From the IMG/VR virus record IMGVR_UViG_3300012665_000884: a stretch of DNA of 64,000 bases; one strand, given 5' to 3'. Shown in pieces: positions 9,907 through 19,722 of the stretch (the first letter of the stretch is position 1; each line of letters begins with the position of its first letter). The stretch comes from an uncultured virus (IMG/VR IMGVR_UViG_3300012665_000884). Its lineage: Duplodnaviria; Heunggongvirae; Uroviricota; Caudoviricetes. The notes under the pieces were generated by a model. The model had not been told where the DNA came from. It made no database searches and saw only the letters and a program-made list of their open reading frames with translations. The translations under genes were made by a program, and so were the position numbers.

Positions 9907-11615
9907 TTATTTTTAAGACAATCCGATACAAGAACTTTTTAAGTACCGGTAACTACTTCACTGAGATTAAACTTGACAATAGTGCCAACACATTAGTGAT
10001 CGGCACTAATGGTGCTGGTAAGAGTACAATGCTTGATGCATTGTGCTTTGGATTGTTCGGAAAACCATTTCGTAACATTAACAAGCCACAACTTCTGAAC
10101 AGTATCAATCAGAAAGATTGTGTCGTTGAAGTTGAACTTATTATAGGTTCAAAATCGTACAAGATTGTACGTGGTATAAAGCCAAATATCTTTGAAATTT
10201 ATTTGGACGGTGAATTGTTGAACCAAGATGCGGCTGTAAAAGACTATCAAGAACACTTAGAGAAATTCATCCTCAAATTAAATTACAAGTCTTTCACACA
10301 GATTGTTATTCTTGGTTCAGCGTCATTTGTTCCATTCATGCAATTGTCTGCCAGCGACCGCAGAGCAATCATTGAAGACTTGCTGGACATTCAAATCTTT
10401 TCTACCATGAACTCGGTACTAAAAGATAAAGTGTCTGTCAACAAAGAAGCAATCAGTAACAATAAGCATGACACCAATTTGTTTACTACCAAGTATGACA
10501 TGCAAAATAATCACATTAATGTTCTCAAACAAAATAATGAAGAAATGATTGTTGCTAAGGAAGCAGAGATTGCCGCAGCCATGTTACAAATTGATGATGT
10601 AAATAAAATTATATCCGAGTTGAACAATGATGTTGCCACTCTGCAAGAATGCATCACCGACAGGGAAAGCGTTAGTGTTAAGTTGAAAAAGATGAATCAG
10701 TTTGAAACTCAAATTGAATCTAATATGGCTAAGCACAAGAAAGATATTAAATTCTTTGAGAATAATGATGACTGTCCTACTTGTCGCCAAGCAATTAATC
10801 AAGAATTCAAAGATACACAAATCAAAGAACTTGGTGGTAAGGTTGAGAAATTCACCGAAGGTTTGTATAAACTCGAAGCTGATATCCTTGAACAACAAGA
10901 TAGACTGAATACCATTCAATCAATAACCACTAATATTCAAAACAAACAAGTCAATATTGCATCAAACAATATGACCGTGATTCAATCCACAAAATACATT
11001 GGCAAACTACAAAAAGAAATCGCCGCACTGAGTGGAACAAAAGAAGACCTAAAGACAGAGACAGAGAAGTTGGAACTACTGAAAACTTCACTTGCGAATC
11101 TGGAGGAGACAAAAAAAGAATTGTTTGAAGAGAAGTCTTACCTTGAAGCAGCCTCGTTGTTACTGAAAGATTCTGGTATCAAGACCAAAATCATCAAACA
11201 GTATTTACCTGTTATCAACAAACTTGTGAATAAGTACCTTGCTACACTTGACTTCTTTGTAAACTTTAACTTGGATGAATCATTCAAGGAAACAATCAAG
11301 TCCCGTCATCGTGATGAATTTAGTTATGCATCATTTAGTGAAGGTGAGAAACAACGTATTGATATGGCATTGATGTTAACTTGGCGGGCTGTTGCTAAGT
11401 TGAAGAACTCTACCAATACCAATCTGTTGATTCTTGATGAGGTGTTCGATTCAAGTCTTGATGCTAATGGCACAGAGTACTTAATGAATATCCTACATAT
11501 GTTAGAAGATGTGAATTTGTTTGTTATCTCTCACAAAGGAGATATCCTACAAGACAAATTTAGAAACCTGATCCGTTTTGAGAAGGTAAATAATTTTAGT
11601 AGAATAGCGAGGTAA
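9903..11615 (+). CDS. 46: Recombination ATPase gp46 (Rad50-like)
   Basis: GTNGAGKS, CPTC hook, FSEGEK signature, LILDE. Confidence 0.97.
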   Translation: MIIFKTIRYKNFLSTGNYFTEIKLDNSANTLVIGTNGAGKSTMLDALCFGLFGKPFRNINKPQLLNSINQKDCVVEVELIIGSKSYKIVRGIKPNIFEIYLDGELLNQDAAVKDYQEHLEKFILKLNYKSFTQIVILGSASFVPFMQLSASDRRAIIEDLLDIQIFSTMNSVLKDKVSVNKEAISNNKHDTNLFTTKYDMQNNHINVLKQNNEEMIVAKEAEIAAAMLQIDDVNKIISELNNDVATLQECITDRESVSVKLKKMNQFETQIESNMAKHKKDIKFFENNDDCPTCRQAINQEFKDTQIKELGGKVEKFTEGLYKLEADILEQQDRLNTIQSITTNIQNKQVNIASNNMTVIQSTKYIGKLQKEIAALSGTKEDLKTETEKLELLKTSLANLEETKKELFEEKSYLEAASLLLKDSGIKTKIIKQYLPVINKLVNKYLATLDFFVNFNLDESFKETIKSRHRDEFSYASFSEGEKQRIDMALMLTWRAVAKLKNSTNTNLLILDEVFDSSLDANGTEYLMNILHMLEDVNLFVISHKGDILQDKFRNLIRFEKVNNFSRIAR

Positions 11616-11617
11616 TT

Positions 11618-11821
11618 ATGGATGGTGACTACCAAATTTTAAAAAAGTTGCATAGATTCACTGAAGGTACACGAAATGCTGATGTGTACCTAGTACAAGG
11701 TAAAAATAGATTCTTAGTCTTGTATTATGATGCCGCTGACGATTATAATGATGCAGACTATTACAATGAAGAAACTGTAGCGGAAGAATCCGCAGAAAAC
11801 TGGGTACTACAAAATGAATGA
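11618..11821 (+). CDS. Hypothetical protein
   Basis: 67 aa with GAGG RBS, coupled to neighbours. Confidence 0.55.
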   Translation: MDGDYQILKKLHRFTEGTRNADVYLVQGKNRFLVLYYDAADDYNDADYYNEETVAEESAENWVLQNE

Positions 11822-12395
11822 TGATATTTTAGTAATTGATACGAATGCGACAAGCGTAAAACCTACCAAGGTAACATATGATCCGATGCCTGTTTATACA
11901 GATGGACATCCATTCTTGAAACTTCCGACAAGAGAAGTTGAAGAATCTGAGATTAAAACTGTAGACTTCCAGCAAGCAATTGGACAATTGAAGGCTACGA
12001 TGAGGACATATGATGCAGTTGGCATGTCTGCTAATCAGTGTGGTTTGAATTTGCGTTTCTTTGTTCTTGGTACAGATACATTTCAGATGGCTTGCATTAA
12101 TCCAAAGATTCTTTCCACTAAAGGACCAAAAATTCCAAAGCGTGAAGGTTGTGTATCATTTCCTGCATTGTTCTTGTCTGTTCCACGATACGAAAGTGTT
12201 GAAGTGGAATACTTGAATGAGAATGGCGAGAAGACCGTTACCTGGCTTGACGGTGTAACGGCTCAATGTTACCAGCACGAACTTGACCACATGAACGGAA
12301 TATGTTATACTGACTTAGTTGGTTCTTTGTCTGTTAAGATGGCAAAGCAACGCCAAGTTAAATTGATTAAGAAAATCAAACGGAGCATGAAATAA
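11814..12395 (+). CDS. def: Peptide deformylase
   Basis: VGMSANQCG, EGCVS, QHELDH motifs. Confidence 0.93.
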   Translation: MNDDILVIDTNATSVKPTKVTYDPMPVYTDGHPFLKLPTREVEESEIKTVDFQQAIGQLKATMRTYDAVGMSANQCGLNLRFFVLGTDTFQMACINPKILSTKGPKIPKREGCVSFPALFLSVPRYESVEVEYLNENGEKTVTWLDGVTAQCYQHELDHMNGICYTDLVGSLSVKMAKQRQVKLIKKIKRSMK

Positions 12396-12763
12396 TGACA
12401 GATAAGAAAATTGAAGAGTCCACAGAATATGAAAGTTGTTTGGACTTTGTTAGTGACGAAGTTAATGATGTTACCAAATTCTTGGAAGATGGTGCCCTTC
12501 CAGAAGATACGCCTCTAGAAGAGACTGATGATTCACAACTAACACGTGACCAATTCTTTAGAAAATATTGGAAAGGCATGCCCACTTTTGACCAGAATGA
12601 TAATCCACCATACAAACAGATTTATTTGAACTTCCGAAACGAAGAAGATTATAAAGAGTTTGCTAAATTGGTGAATCAGAATTTGTCGGATAAAACGAAG
12701 AGTATCTGGTATCCTAAATTAGAGATTGAAGACAATTCTTTACATCGTTGGATCGTAGAATGA
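12395..12763 (+). CDS. Small partner protein of TAGT-type glycosyltransferase
   Basis: WKGMPTFDQ...LNFRNEEDYKEF...KSIWYP; coupled to the next gene. Confidence 0.55.
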   Translation: MTDKKIEESTEYESCLDFVSDEVNDVTKFLEDGALPEDTPLEETDDSQLTRDQFFRKYWKGMPTFDQNDNPPYKQIYLNFRNEEDYKEFAKLVNQNLSDKTKSIWYPKLEIEDNSLHRWIVE

Positions 12764-13671
12764 TTATTAATCCAAAATATCCAGTTTACATTATCTCTAA
12801 GGGACGCCATGAAACCATGGGTACCTCGAGGTCACTTGCACGTATGAAAGTTCCTCATTACATTGCAATTGAACCACAAGACTTAGATAATTATGAAAAA
12901 GCATTGGACATTTTTAAGATTCGTCCATACGTAACATTGTTGGTTGCACCATTCAGTAATCATGGAGATGGTCCTGGTCGTGCCCGAAATTGGTGTTGGG
13001 ATCATTCGATTGAGATTGGCGCTGAGAAGCATTGGGTGCTAGATGATAACATTGATGACTTCTATCGTTTAAACAACAACAAACGATACCGAGTTGAATC
13101 TGGTGCTATCTTTCGTGCGGCAGAAGATTTCGTTGACAGATTCGAGAATGTGCCAATCTCTGGCTTTCAATACAGATTTTTCGTTGCACCAAACTCTAAG
13201 TATCCACCGTTTGTGACCAACACTAGAATTTATTCTTGTCTGTTGATTTCGAATGATTGTAAGCACCGATGGCGTGGTCGTTACAATGAAGATACTGATA
13301 TCTGTCTCCGTGTCTTGAAAGATGGAGATTGTACAATTCAGTTCAATGCATTCTTGCAAGGTAAAGCCGCTACACAAACAGTTAAAGGTGGTAACACCGA
13401 AGAGTTCTATCACAAAGAGTTTGCAGACTCCGATGAAAACTTTAAGAAGACTGGTTACAATAGCAGTGGTACAATTAACAAATCTAAGATGCTAGCCGAT
13501 ATGCATCCTGATGTTGCTAGAGTTGTCTGGCGTTATGGACGTTGGCACCATTTCGTTGACTATAATCCATTCAAGGTCAACAAACTTCGGTATAAACCTG
13601 ATGTTGTTATTCCAGAAGGTAATAATGAGTACGGAATGAAACTCAACCACAATTGGAAAGAAGAAACTTAA
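12760..13671 (+). CDS. TET-associated (TAGT/GREB1-like) glycosyltransferase, putative DNA base modification
   Basis: YPVYIISKGR, ARNWCWDH, WVLDDNI, RIYSC, WRGRYNEDTD, GGNT. Confidence 0.75.
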   Translation: MIINPKYPVYIISKGRHETMGTSRSLARMKVPHYIAIEPQDLDNYEKALDIFKIRPYVTLLVAPFSNHGDGPGRARNWCWDHSIEIGAEKHWVLDDNIDDFYRLNNNKRYRVESGAIFRAAEDFVDRFENVPISGFQYRFFVAPNSKYPPFVTNTRIYSCLLISNDCKHRWRGRYNEDTDICLRVLKDGDCTIQFNAFLQGKAATQTVKGGNTEEFYHKEFADSDENFKKTGYNSSGTINKSKMLADMHPDVARVVWRYGRWHHFVDYNPFKVNKLRYKPDVVIPEGNNEYGMKLNHNWKEET

Positions 13672-13685
13672 TACTTTTTCTGTAC

Positions 13686-13713
13686 TTGACATTCTTTCTG
13701 GACCTGTTATACT
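13686..13713 (+). promoter_or_regulatory. Sigma70-type early promoter within inverted repeat
   Basis: TTGACA-16 nt-TATACT with TGn; arms 13689-13699 and 13727-13737. Confidence 0.7.
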
Positions 13714-13738
13714 TGTATTTGTAGTTAGAAGGAATGTT

Positions 13739-16009
13739 ATGAAATTTACTCAAGAATCCAAGTCTCAGTTAGCCAAACTCATGGCTACTGAGAATATCAT
13801 TGTAGAACACCAAAAAATTCCAACTGCGGCTTTCAATCTGAAAGACCGTGTGTTGTATTGCCCAATCTGGACAGATATGTCTGGTGATTTGTATGACTTG
13901 TTGTTAGGTCACGAAGTTGGTCATGCACTAGAAACTCCTGAAGAAGGCTGGCACAATGCTGTCGTTGGCTCAGGTAAGTTTAACAAAAATTTCAAACACT
14001 TCCTTAACGTAGTTGAGGACTCACGTATTGAAAAGAAAATCAAACGCCGCTATCCTGGCTTGCGTAATTCGTTCGTAAAAGCATACGGTCAATTGGTAGA
14101 ACGTGACTTCTTCGGCTTGAAGAACCGTGACGTTAACTCCATGCCTTTCATTGACCGCTTGAACATGTTCACCAAAGCAGGTGTACAACTCGGTATTAAA
14201 TTCACCGATGATGAACAAAAATTGGTTGACCAAGTTGAAGGTTGTGAATCATGGGATGATGTTGTCCGTGTCACTGAGGCAGTTTATGCTTATTCTAAGA
14301 CTGAGCAAAATGAATTGAATCAAGAAAAATTGCGTCCTCATAACTTGGGTATGATGGATGACTTGGACGAGGAAGAACTTGATTTTGATATGGATGACTT
14401 GGACGAGGAAGAATCGACCTCACCATCAGGTCAAAAAACTGATAAGCAAGAAAAAGAAGGTAAACCAGCTAAGTCATCTAATAATGATGAGCCATCGGAA
14501 GATGATGAATCGGAAGAATCTGAAAGCAAACAATTCAATCGTGAAAAGCCATCACAATCTGTTTGGAATGATAACTTTGATATGGATGAACCAGTCTGTG
14601 AGACTGATGAAGCATACCGCGAGAATGAATCACGCCTCTTGGACGAAAAGTGTAAAGAATACATTTATGTAAACTTGCCAAAACCACAACTTGATAATGT
14701 GTTGACACCAGCAAAACGTGTCCATGAATTGATGGAACTACACTGGAATGTTTATAAGGACGGTACTTTCGAAGCTAATCGTGATAAATTGTACAGTGAT
14801 TTCAAACAAAAGAATGATCGTTATGTTGGTTTGCTTGCTAAGGAATTTGAAATGCGTAAAGCCGCTTCCAAGTTTGCTAAAGCCAAAGTGTCAGAATCTG
14901 GTGATATTGATATCAGCCGTATCTACAAATACCAAGTTGATGATAATATCTTCCGTAAGATTACTAAAGTGCCAAAAGGCAAGTCACATGGTTTGGTTAT
15001 GATGTTTGACCGCTCAGGTTCTATGCAATATAACATGGCACCAACAATCGAACAAATGATGGTTGTGGCAACATTCTGTCGTAAAGTTAATATTCCATTC
15101 GTGGTGTATGGCTTCGGTAACAATATAGCTGGTTTCGAAATCGACCACGGTCGCCGTTCGAATGGTCGATGTTTTACTTCTAATACTGGTGAGTTGGCAT
15201 GTGGTGAGGTTTTCTTACGTGAGTATATTAATTCACGTATGAACAACACCGACTTCCAACGTTCTATGAAAAACTTGGCTGTGTTGGCTAATTCATACAC
15301 TGGTCGTGTTAAACGTAGTTACACTGTTCCATACAGTGAAGGTTTGTCGAACACTCCGATGCTTGAAGCCATGATTGCTTTGCAGCCATTGACTAAACAA
15401 TTCCGTGAGCAAAACAAACTTGATATTGTTAATATGGTTCTGTTGCATGATGGTGATACGGACAGCATTAACTATACATACGGTTCTAGTAACACAGAAT
15501 GGTTTGATGTGAAACGCCAAAACGTTGTGGTGCAAGATAAGAAAGAAAAATTTCAGTCTATTGCACCTCACATGGAATATGACGATGGTTTGCGCAAATC
15601 AGTTTTTGAATGGTACACACACACAACTGGTGCTAAAATTATTGGCTTCTTTATTTCGCCACCTGGTTCTGGTGTTCGTAGTTCGGTTGAACGCCGTTAC
15701 ATTGATACTAATGGTAAGTGCTTGTGGGATGAACGTAATGTTCCTGGTAAGTTTTATGAAACAAAAGCCAAGTCTGATGCCTTGGTCAAAGAACTGAAAA
15801 CCAACCGATTCTTGGAATCACATAATGCTGGCTACAAAAAGTTCTTTTTGATTCCTGGTGGTGATGAACTCTCAGTTGAAAACGAAAGTTTACAAATTGA
15901 AGGCGATATTACTGCATCTAAATTGCGTAATGCATTTATCAAAATGAACAAAAAGAAACAGATCAGCCGTGTGTTGGTGAATCGTTTTATTGGTGAAATT
16001 GCGGTATAA
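13739..16009 (+). CDS. CobT-like protein: HExxH metallopeptidase-like domain, acidic linker, vWA domain
   Basis: HEVGH, NVVEDSRIE, acidic linker, MIDAS DRSGS; adjacent to MoxR/CobS ATPase. Confidence 0.85.
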   Translation: MKFTQESKSQLAKLMATENIIVEHQKIPTAAFNLKDRVLYCPIWTDMSGDLYDLLLGHEVGHALETPEEGWHNAVVGSGKFNKNFKHFLNVVEDSRIEKKIKRRYPGLRNSFVKAYGQLVERDFFGLKNRDVNSMPFIDRLNMFTKAGVQLGIKFTDDEQKLVDQVEGCESWDDVVRVTEAVYAYSKTEQNELNQEKLRPHNLGMMDDLDEEELDFDMDDLDEEESTSPSGQKTDKQEKEGKPAKSSNNDEPSEDDESEESESKQFNREKPSQSVWNDNFDMDEPVCETDEAYRENESRLLDEKCKEYIYVNLPKPQLDNVLTPAKRVHELMELHWNVYKDGTFEANRDKLYSDFKQKNDRYVGLLAKEFEMRKAASKFAKAKVSESGDIDISRIYKYQVDDNIFRKITKVPKGKSHGLVMMFDRSGSMQYNMAPTIEQMMVVATFCRKVNIPFVVYGFGNNIAGFEIDHGRRSNGRCFTSNTGELACGEVFLREYINSRMNNTDFQRSMKNLAVLANSYTGRVKRSYTVPYSEGLSNTPMLEAMIALQPLTKQFREQNKLDIVNMVLLHDGDTDSINYTYGSSNTEWFDVKRQNVVVQDKKEKFQSIAPHMEYDDGLRKSVFEWYTHTTGAKIIGFFISPPGSGVRSSVERRYIDTNGKCLWDERNVPGKFYETKAKSDALVKELKTNRFLESHNAGYKKFFLIPGGDELSVENESLQIEGDITASKLRNAFIKMNKKKQISRVLVNRFIGEIAV
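14354..14413 (+). repeat. 24-nt direct repeat, 2 copies, period 36
   Basis: ATGGATGACTTGGACGAGGAAGAA at 14354 and 14390 (MDDLDEEE) in the acidic linker. Confidence 0.85.
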
Positions 16010-16015
16010 ATTTTG

Positions 16016-16053
16016 AAATACCACTTGACAAGGTGGTGTTTTTCTGTTAAACT
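16016..16053 (+). promoter_or_regulatory. Overlapping terminator hairpin and sigma70 promoter
   Basis: AAATACCAC/GTGGTGTTT stem with TTGACA (16025-30) in loop, 17 nt, TAAACT with TGn. Confidence 0.7.
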
Positions 16054-16083
16054 ACTTGTATTGATTGATTAATTGGAGTTGTA

Positions 16084-17256
16084 ATGAGTAAACGTGATGC
16101 TTTCCTGTCGCTGGCTGCCTCTACTGGTAAGTCTATTATGTCTCGTAATGAGATTGGTATGCTATGTGATGAAAATGGCATTGCCTTTCCTCAATGGTTC
16201 ACTAAAAATCCTGAGAATCGTGCAGGTCGAAATTTGTATAAAATGCCTGGTGCTTCGGCATCTATTGTTGAGAATGTTGTGCCTATGAAAAAAGAATCCG
16301 CACCAGCGCCTGTTGTTGGTAATCGTATCGCTAGTGTGACTACCGATTTGGAAACTGAGAATCTGATTCCTTCAGTTTATAAGAACTATGTGCCATTTGG
16401 CAACTACCAAGACTTGCTGGCGATTGTGCAAAGTAATCAGTTCTTCCCAATCTTCATTACTGGTCAATCTGGTAACGGTAAGACTATGTCCGTAGAACAA
16501 GCCTGTGCCAAAGCCAAGCGCAAATTCGTTTGTATCTCTATGACACCTGATACCGATGAATCTGATTTGCTCGGCAACTATGTTTTGATTAATGGTCAGA
16601 TGGAATGGCGGGATGGTCCGGTGACAGTTGCCGCCCGACAAGGTGCAGTATTGTGTATTGATGAAATTGATTACGGTGCTCAAAACTTGTCCTGTTTGCA
16701 ACGGGTTCTCGAAGGTAAACCTTTTATGTTGAAAAAGAAAGGTGAGACTGTTACACCAGCCACTGGCTTTACGATTGTTGCTACTGCTAACACTAAGGGT
16801 AAAGGTTCCGATGATGGTCGCTATATGTTTACCAACGTTCTTAACGAAGCATTCTTGGAACGATTCTTGAACACTTATGAACAAGAATACCCACCAGTTG
16901 CAGTTGAAAAGAAGATTATCAAAAAAGAATTGGTTGCTTCAGGTAAGGAAGACAATGACTTTGCCGATATGTTGGTAATGTGGGCTGATACAATTCGTAA
17001 GACTTATGCAGAAGGTGGTGTTGATGAAATTATCTCCACACGCCGTCTGGTACATATCTGTAAGACTTACGGTGTGCATGGTGACCGAATGAAGTCTGTT
17101 GGTTTGTGTTTGAATCGTTTTGATGATGACACTAAAATGTCCTTCCTTGATTTGTACACTAAACTGGACGCTGAATCCAAAAAAGTGGATGAACCTGTAG
17201 CGACAACAATTGATAATGTTTTGCCATCAGAATTTGATGTTGAAATTCCTTTCTAA
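16084..17256 (+). CDS. MoxR/CobS-like AAA+ ATPase
   Basis: GQSGNGKT, LCIDEID, ATANTKGKGSDDGRY, NEAFLERF, ISTRRL. Confidence 0.92.
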   Translation: MSKRDAFLSLAASTGKSIMSRNEIGMLCDENGIAFPQWFTKNPENRAGRNLYKMPGASASIVENVVPMKKESAPAPVVGNRIASVTTDLETENLIPSVYKNYVPFGNYQDLLAIVQSNQFFPIFITGQSGNGKTMSVEQACAKAKRKFVCISMTPDTDESDLLGNYVLINGQMEWRDGPVTVAARQGAVLCIDEIDYGAQNLSCLQRVLEGKPFMLKKKGETVTPATGFTIVATANTKGKGSDDGRYMFTNVLNEAFLERFLNTYEQEYPPVAVEKKIIKKELVASGKEDNDFADMLVMWADTIRKTYAEGGVDEIISTRRLVHICKTYGVHGDRMKSVGLCLNRFDDDTKMSFLDLYTKLDAESKKVDEPVATTIDNVLPSEFDVEIPF

Positions 17257-17273
17257 GTAATTTCATTATTACC

Positions 17274-17312
17274 GCACAGAGTATTGACTTACTCTGTGCT
17301 TTTTGCTATGAT
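17274..17312 (+). promoter_or_regulatory. Overlapping terminator hairpin and sigma70 promoter
   Basis: GCACAGAGTA-[TTGACT]-TACTCTGTGC-T5; 17 nt to TATGAT with TGn. Confidence 0.75.
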
Positions 17313-17378
17313 GTTACATATTGAGATATAATCACCTCTCAATTTAAGTTAAAGTGTGATTTTATTATGGAGTTAAAA

Positions 17379-17633
17379 ATGAGTAAATTATCTGCTAAAG
17401 AAAAAATGTTGGCCGCCTTGTCCAAGAAAGAAGGTTACAACACATTCACCGTTGCACAGGCTCGCCATCGTTTTGGTGTAACCAACGTAGCGGCACGTAT
17501 TAGTGAATTGCGTCAGGATGGCCATGCTATCTACTTGAACACACGCAAATTGGAAGATGGTCGTAAGATTTCCTTCTATCGCCTTGGCACACCAACTAAG
17601 CGTATGTCCAAAGTGAACCGCACTTTTGCCTAA
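17379..17633 (+). CDS. Winged-helix DNA-binding protein
   Basis: FTVAQARHRFGVTNVAARISELRQDGHAI...YRLG; GGAG RBS before ATG 17379. Confidence 0.75.
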   Translation: MSKLSAKEKMLAALSKKEGYNTFTVAQARHRFGVTNVAARISELRQDGHAIYLNTRKLEDGRKISFYRLGTPTKRMSKVNRTFA

Positions 17634-17651
17634 AATTCTGTGAAATTTTTT

Positions 17652-17690
17652 GAGGGACGTGATATATACTTGTATCACTCCCTCTTTTTT
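17652..17690 (+). terminator. Rho-independent terminator
   Basis: GAGGGA-c-GTGATAT / GTATCAC-TCCCTC stem then T6. Confidence 0.8.
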
Positions 17691-17701
17691 ATGGATATAT
17701 T

Positions 17702-18517
17702 ATGGAAATTAAAGTTAAAATTGAAGACCTGAAACAACATAGATTGTTTGTTGCTACACCAATGTACGGTGGTCAGGCACATGGCATGTATGTTAAGGCT
17801 TGTCTTGACTTGCAAGGTTTACTGAATAAGTATGGTGTCGAAGTTCGATTCTCATTCTTGTTTAATGAATCTCTCATTACACGGGCACGTAATTATCTGG
17901 TTGATGAATTCTTGCGTTCGGATTGTACGCATATGCTTTTCATTGATTCTGATGTACATTATAATCCCCAAGACGTTATCGCATTGCTGGCTCTGGACAA
18001 AGATGTTATCGGTGGTCCATATCCCAAGAAAGCAATTAACTGGAATAACGTAGCACACGCCGCACGTACACACAAAGACCTTGCGCCAAGTGAATTGGAA
18101 AATGTTGTTGGCGATTATGTCTTTAACGTTGTAAAAGGCACACAACAATTCTCTGTAAATGAACCTTTGGAGGTTATGGAGATTGGTACTGGTTATATGA
18201 TGATTAAACGTCATGTGTTTAAGATAATGGAAGAAGCGTATCCACAATTGCGTTACAAACCAGATCATGTTGGTCAAGCGCACTTTGATGGTACACGATA
18301 CATCCATGCATACTTTGATACAATCATTGATACTGTTGATAGTGCAACGGGTGGTGGTTCTGACCGTTACTTGTCTGAGGATTATATGTTTTGTCAACTC
18401 TGGCGCAAAACAGGTGGTACAATCTTCTTATGTCCATGGATGAGAACACAACACATCGGCACATACCCATTCACAGGTAACATGCCTAAAATTGCTGAAC
18501 TCACAGGAAAATTATAA
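17702..18517 (+). CDS. Putative GT-A fold glycosyltransferase
   Basis: VATPMYGG, ESLITRARN, FIDSD (DxD), YLSEDYMFC. Confidence 0.7.
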   Translation: MEIKVKIEDLKQHRLFVATPMYGGQAHGMYVKACLDLQGLLNKYGVEVRFSFLFNESLITRARNYLVDEFLRSDCTHMLFIDSDVHYNPQDVIALLALDKDVIGGPYPKKAINWNNVAHAARTHKDLAPSELENVVGDYVFNVVKGTQQFSVNEPLEVMEIGTGYMMIKRHVFKIMEEAYPQLRYKPDHVGQAHFDGTRYIHAYFDTIIDTVDSATGGGSDRYLSEDYMFCQLWRKTGGTIFLCPWMRTQHIGTYPFTGNMPKIAELTGKL

Positions 18518-18846
18518 TGGAAGATGCGACTAAAGGTCGCAAGTATGATGGTGGTAAACTTGAGTATGGTTTACTACCACCTCTTGCACTAGAAGAAACT
18601 GTTCGGGTACTGACCTTCGGTGCTCAAAAGTATGAGCGAGACAACTGGCAAAAAGTACCTGATTCTAAACGCAGATACTTTGATGCTATGCAGAGACACA
18701 TATGGTCATGGAAACAGGGTGAAATAAATGATCCTGAATCTGGTATTCATCACTTGGCACATGCTATGTGTTGCTTGATGTTTTTGTATGAACATGATAT
18801 AATGTACTCACGTGACAATGAATTTTATAATGGAGAAACTAAATGA
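18517..18846 (+). CDS. dATP/dGTP diphosphohydrolase-like protein (DUF5664 type)
   Basis: GRKYDGGK, LTFGAQKY..NW, DPESGIHHLAHAMCCLMFL. Confidence 0.8.
   Translation: MEDATKGRKYDGGKLEYGLLPPLALEETVRVLTFGAQKYERDNWQKVPDSKRRYFDAMQRHIWSWKQGEINDPESGIHHLAHAMCCLMFLYEHDIMYSRDNEFYNGETK
18775..18803 (+). promoter_or_regulatory. Sigma70-type promoter upstream of gp45
   Basis: TTGATG-17 nt-TATAAT with TGn. Confidence 0.5.
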
Positions 18847-19523
18847 AACTATCTAAAGAAACACAAGAACTTTTGAAAAACTTTGCAAGCATTAATGACG
18901 GTATTGTATTCCGTTCAGGTAATGTATTGCGCACATGTGATGCATCTAAACAAGTCTTGGCTGAGACTACAATCAATGAGACAATCACTTCCGACTTTGG
19001 CATTTTTGACTTGAATCGTTTTTTATCTGCTATGAGTTTGCATGAAGGCGATTCTGAGTTGGAGTTTGACGACAAGGCAGTTACAATGACTGATACATCC
19101 GGTCGTATGAAAAATTTCTATCGTATTTGTGATGTTTCGATGGTGAAGAATGCGCCTGAGAAATCAATCGTTATGCCTACAAGTGATGTTACTTTCACAC
19201 TCGACCAGAAAGATTTTGCGTCAATTCAACGTGCCGCATCTGTATTGGGCACTCCACACATTGCCATCAAATCTGATGGTAGCAAAGTATTCTTGTCCGC
19301 AATCGACAACAAAAATACATCTACACACACTAGCCAAATTGAAATTGGCACAAATGATTCCGGTAAGAAGTATACTATGTTGTTCAAGACCGAGAACATG
19401 AAAATGATTCCTGGTACATATGAAATCACCATTTCCTTTAAAGGTCTCGCACGATTCAAAAATACTGCGAAGCCATTGCAATATTGGGTTGCAACAGAAG
19501 TTGGTTCTTCTGGAGAAGCATAA
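18843..19523 (+). CDS. 45: Sliding clamp gp45
   Basis: MKLSKETQELLKNFASIN, FGIFDLNRFL, YWVATE. Confidence 0.95.
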   Translation: MKLSKETQELLKNFASINDGIVFRSGNVLRTCDASKQVLAETTINETITSDFGIFDLNRFLSAMSLHEGDSELEFDDKAVTMTDTSGRMKNFYRICDVSMVKNAPEKSIVMPTSDVTFTLDQKDFASIQRAASVLGTPHIAIKSDGSKVFLSAIDNKNTSTHTSQIEIGTNDSGKKYTMLFKTENMKMIPGTYEITISFKGLARFKNTAKPLQYWVATEVGSSGEA

Positions 19524-19696
19524 TGTTTCAATACGTTATTGATACCAATAAACATGCTTGGTGCATTAACGTTAACAAAATAACCAAGGTAACAGAAGGT
19601 GATAATGTTACCTTGATTTATTTTGATAATGGTGATATAATCAAGACCAGCACACCAATGCTTACTTTGGTGCCATTCTTGAACAGTCGTTCTTGA
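19523..19696 (+). CDS. Hypothetical protein
   Basis: 57 aa from ATG overlapping the gp45 stop. Confidence 0.5.
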   Translation: MFQYVIDTNKHAWCINVNKITKVTEGDNVTLIYFDNGDIIKTSTPMLTLVPFLNSRS

Positions 19697-19722
19697 TTTG
19701 AATTTTATATTATGGAGTTGTT

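Noticed and set aside
14354..14413. 24-nt direct repeat as a possible CRISPR or mini-array
   Set aside because: Only two copies, in frame within an acidic linker; a simple coding duplication
13739..17256. Cobalamin biosynthesis (cobS/cobT) as an auxiliary metabolic pathway
   Set aside because: No cobN or other cob genes; better described as a generic MoxR-vWA pair
18517..18846. Z-genome (2-aminoadenine) system
   Set aside because: No purZ in the window; the hydrolase alone is insufficient evidence
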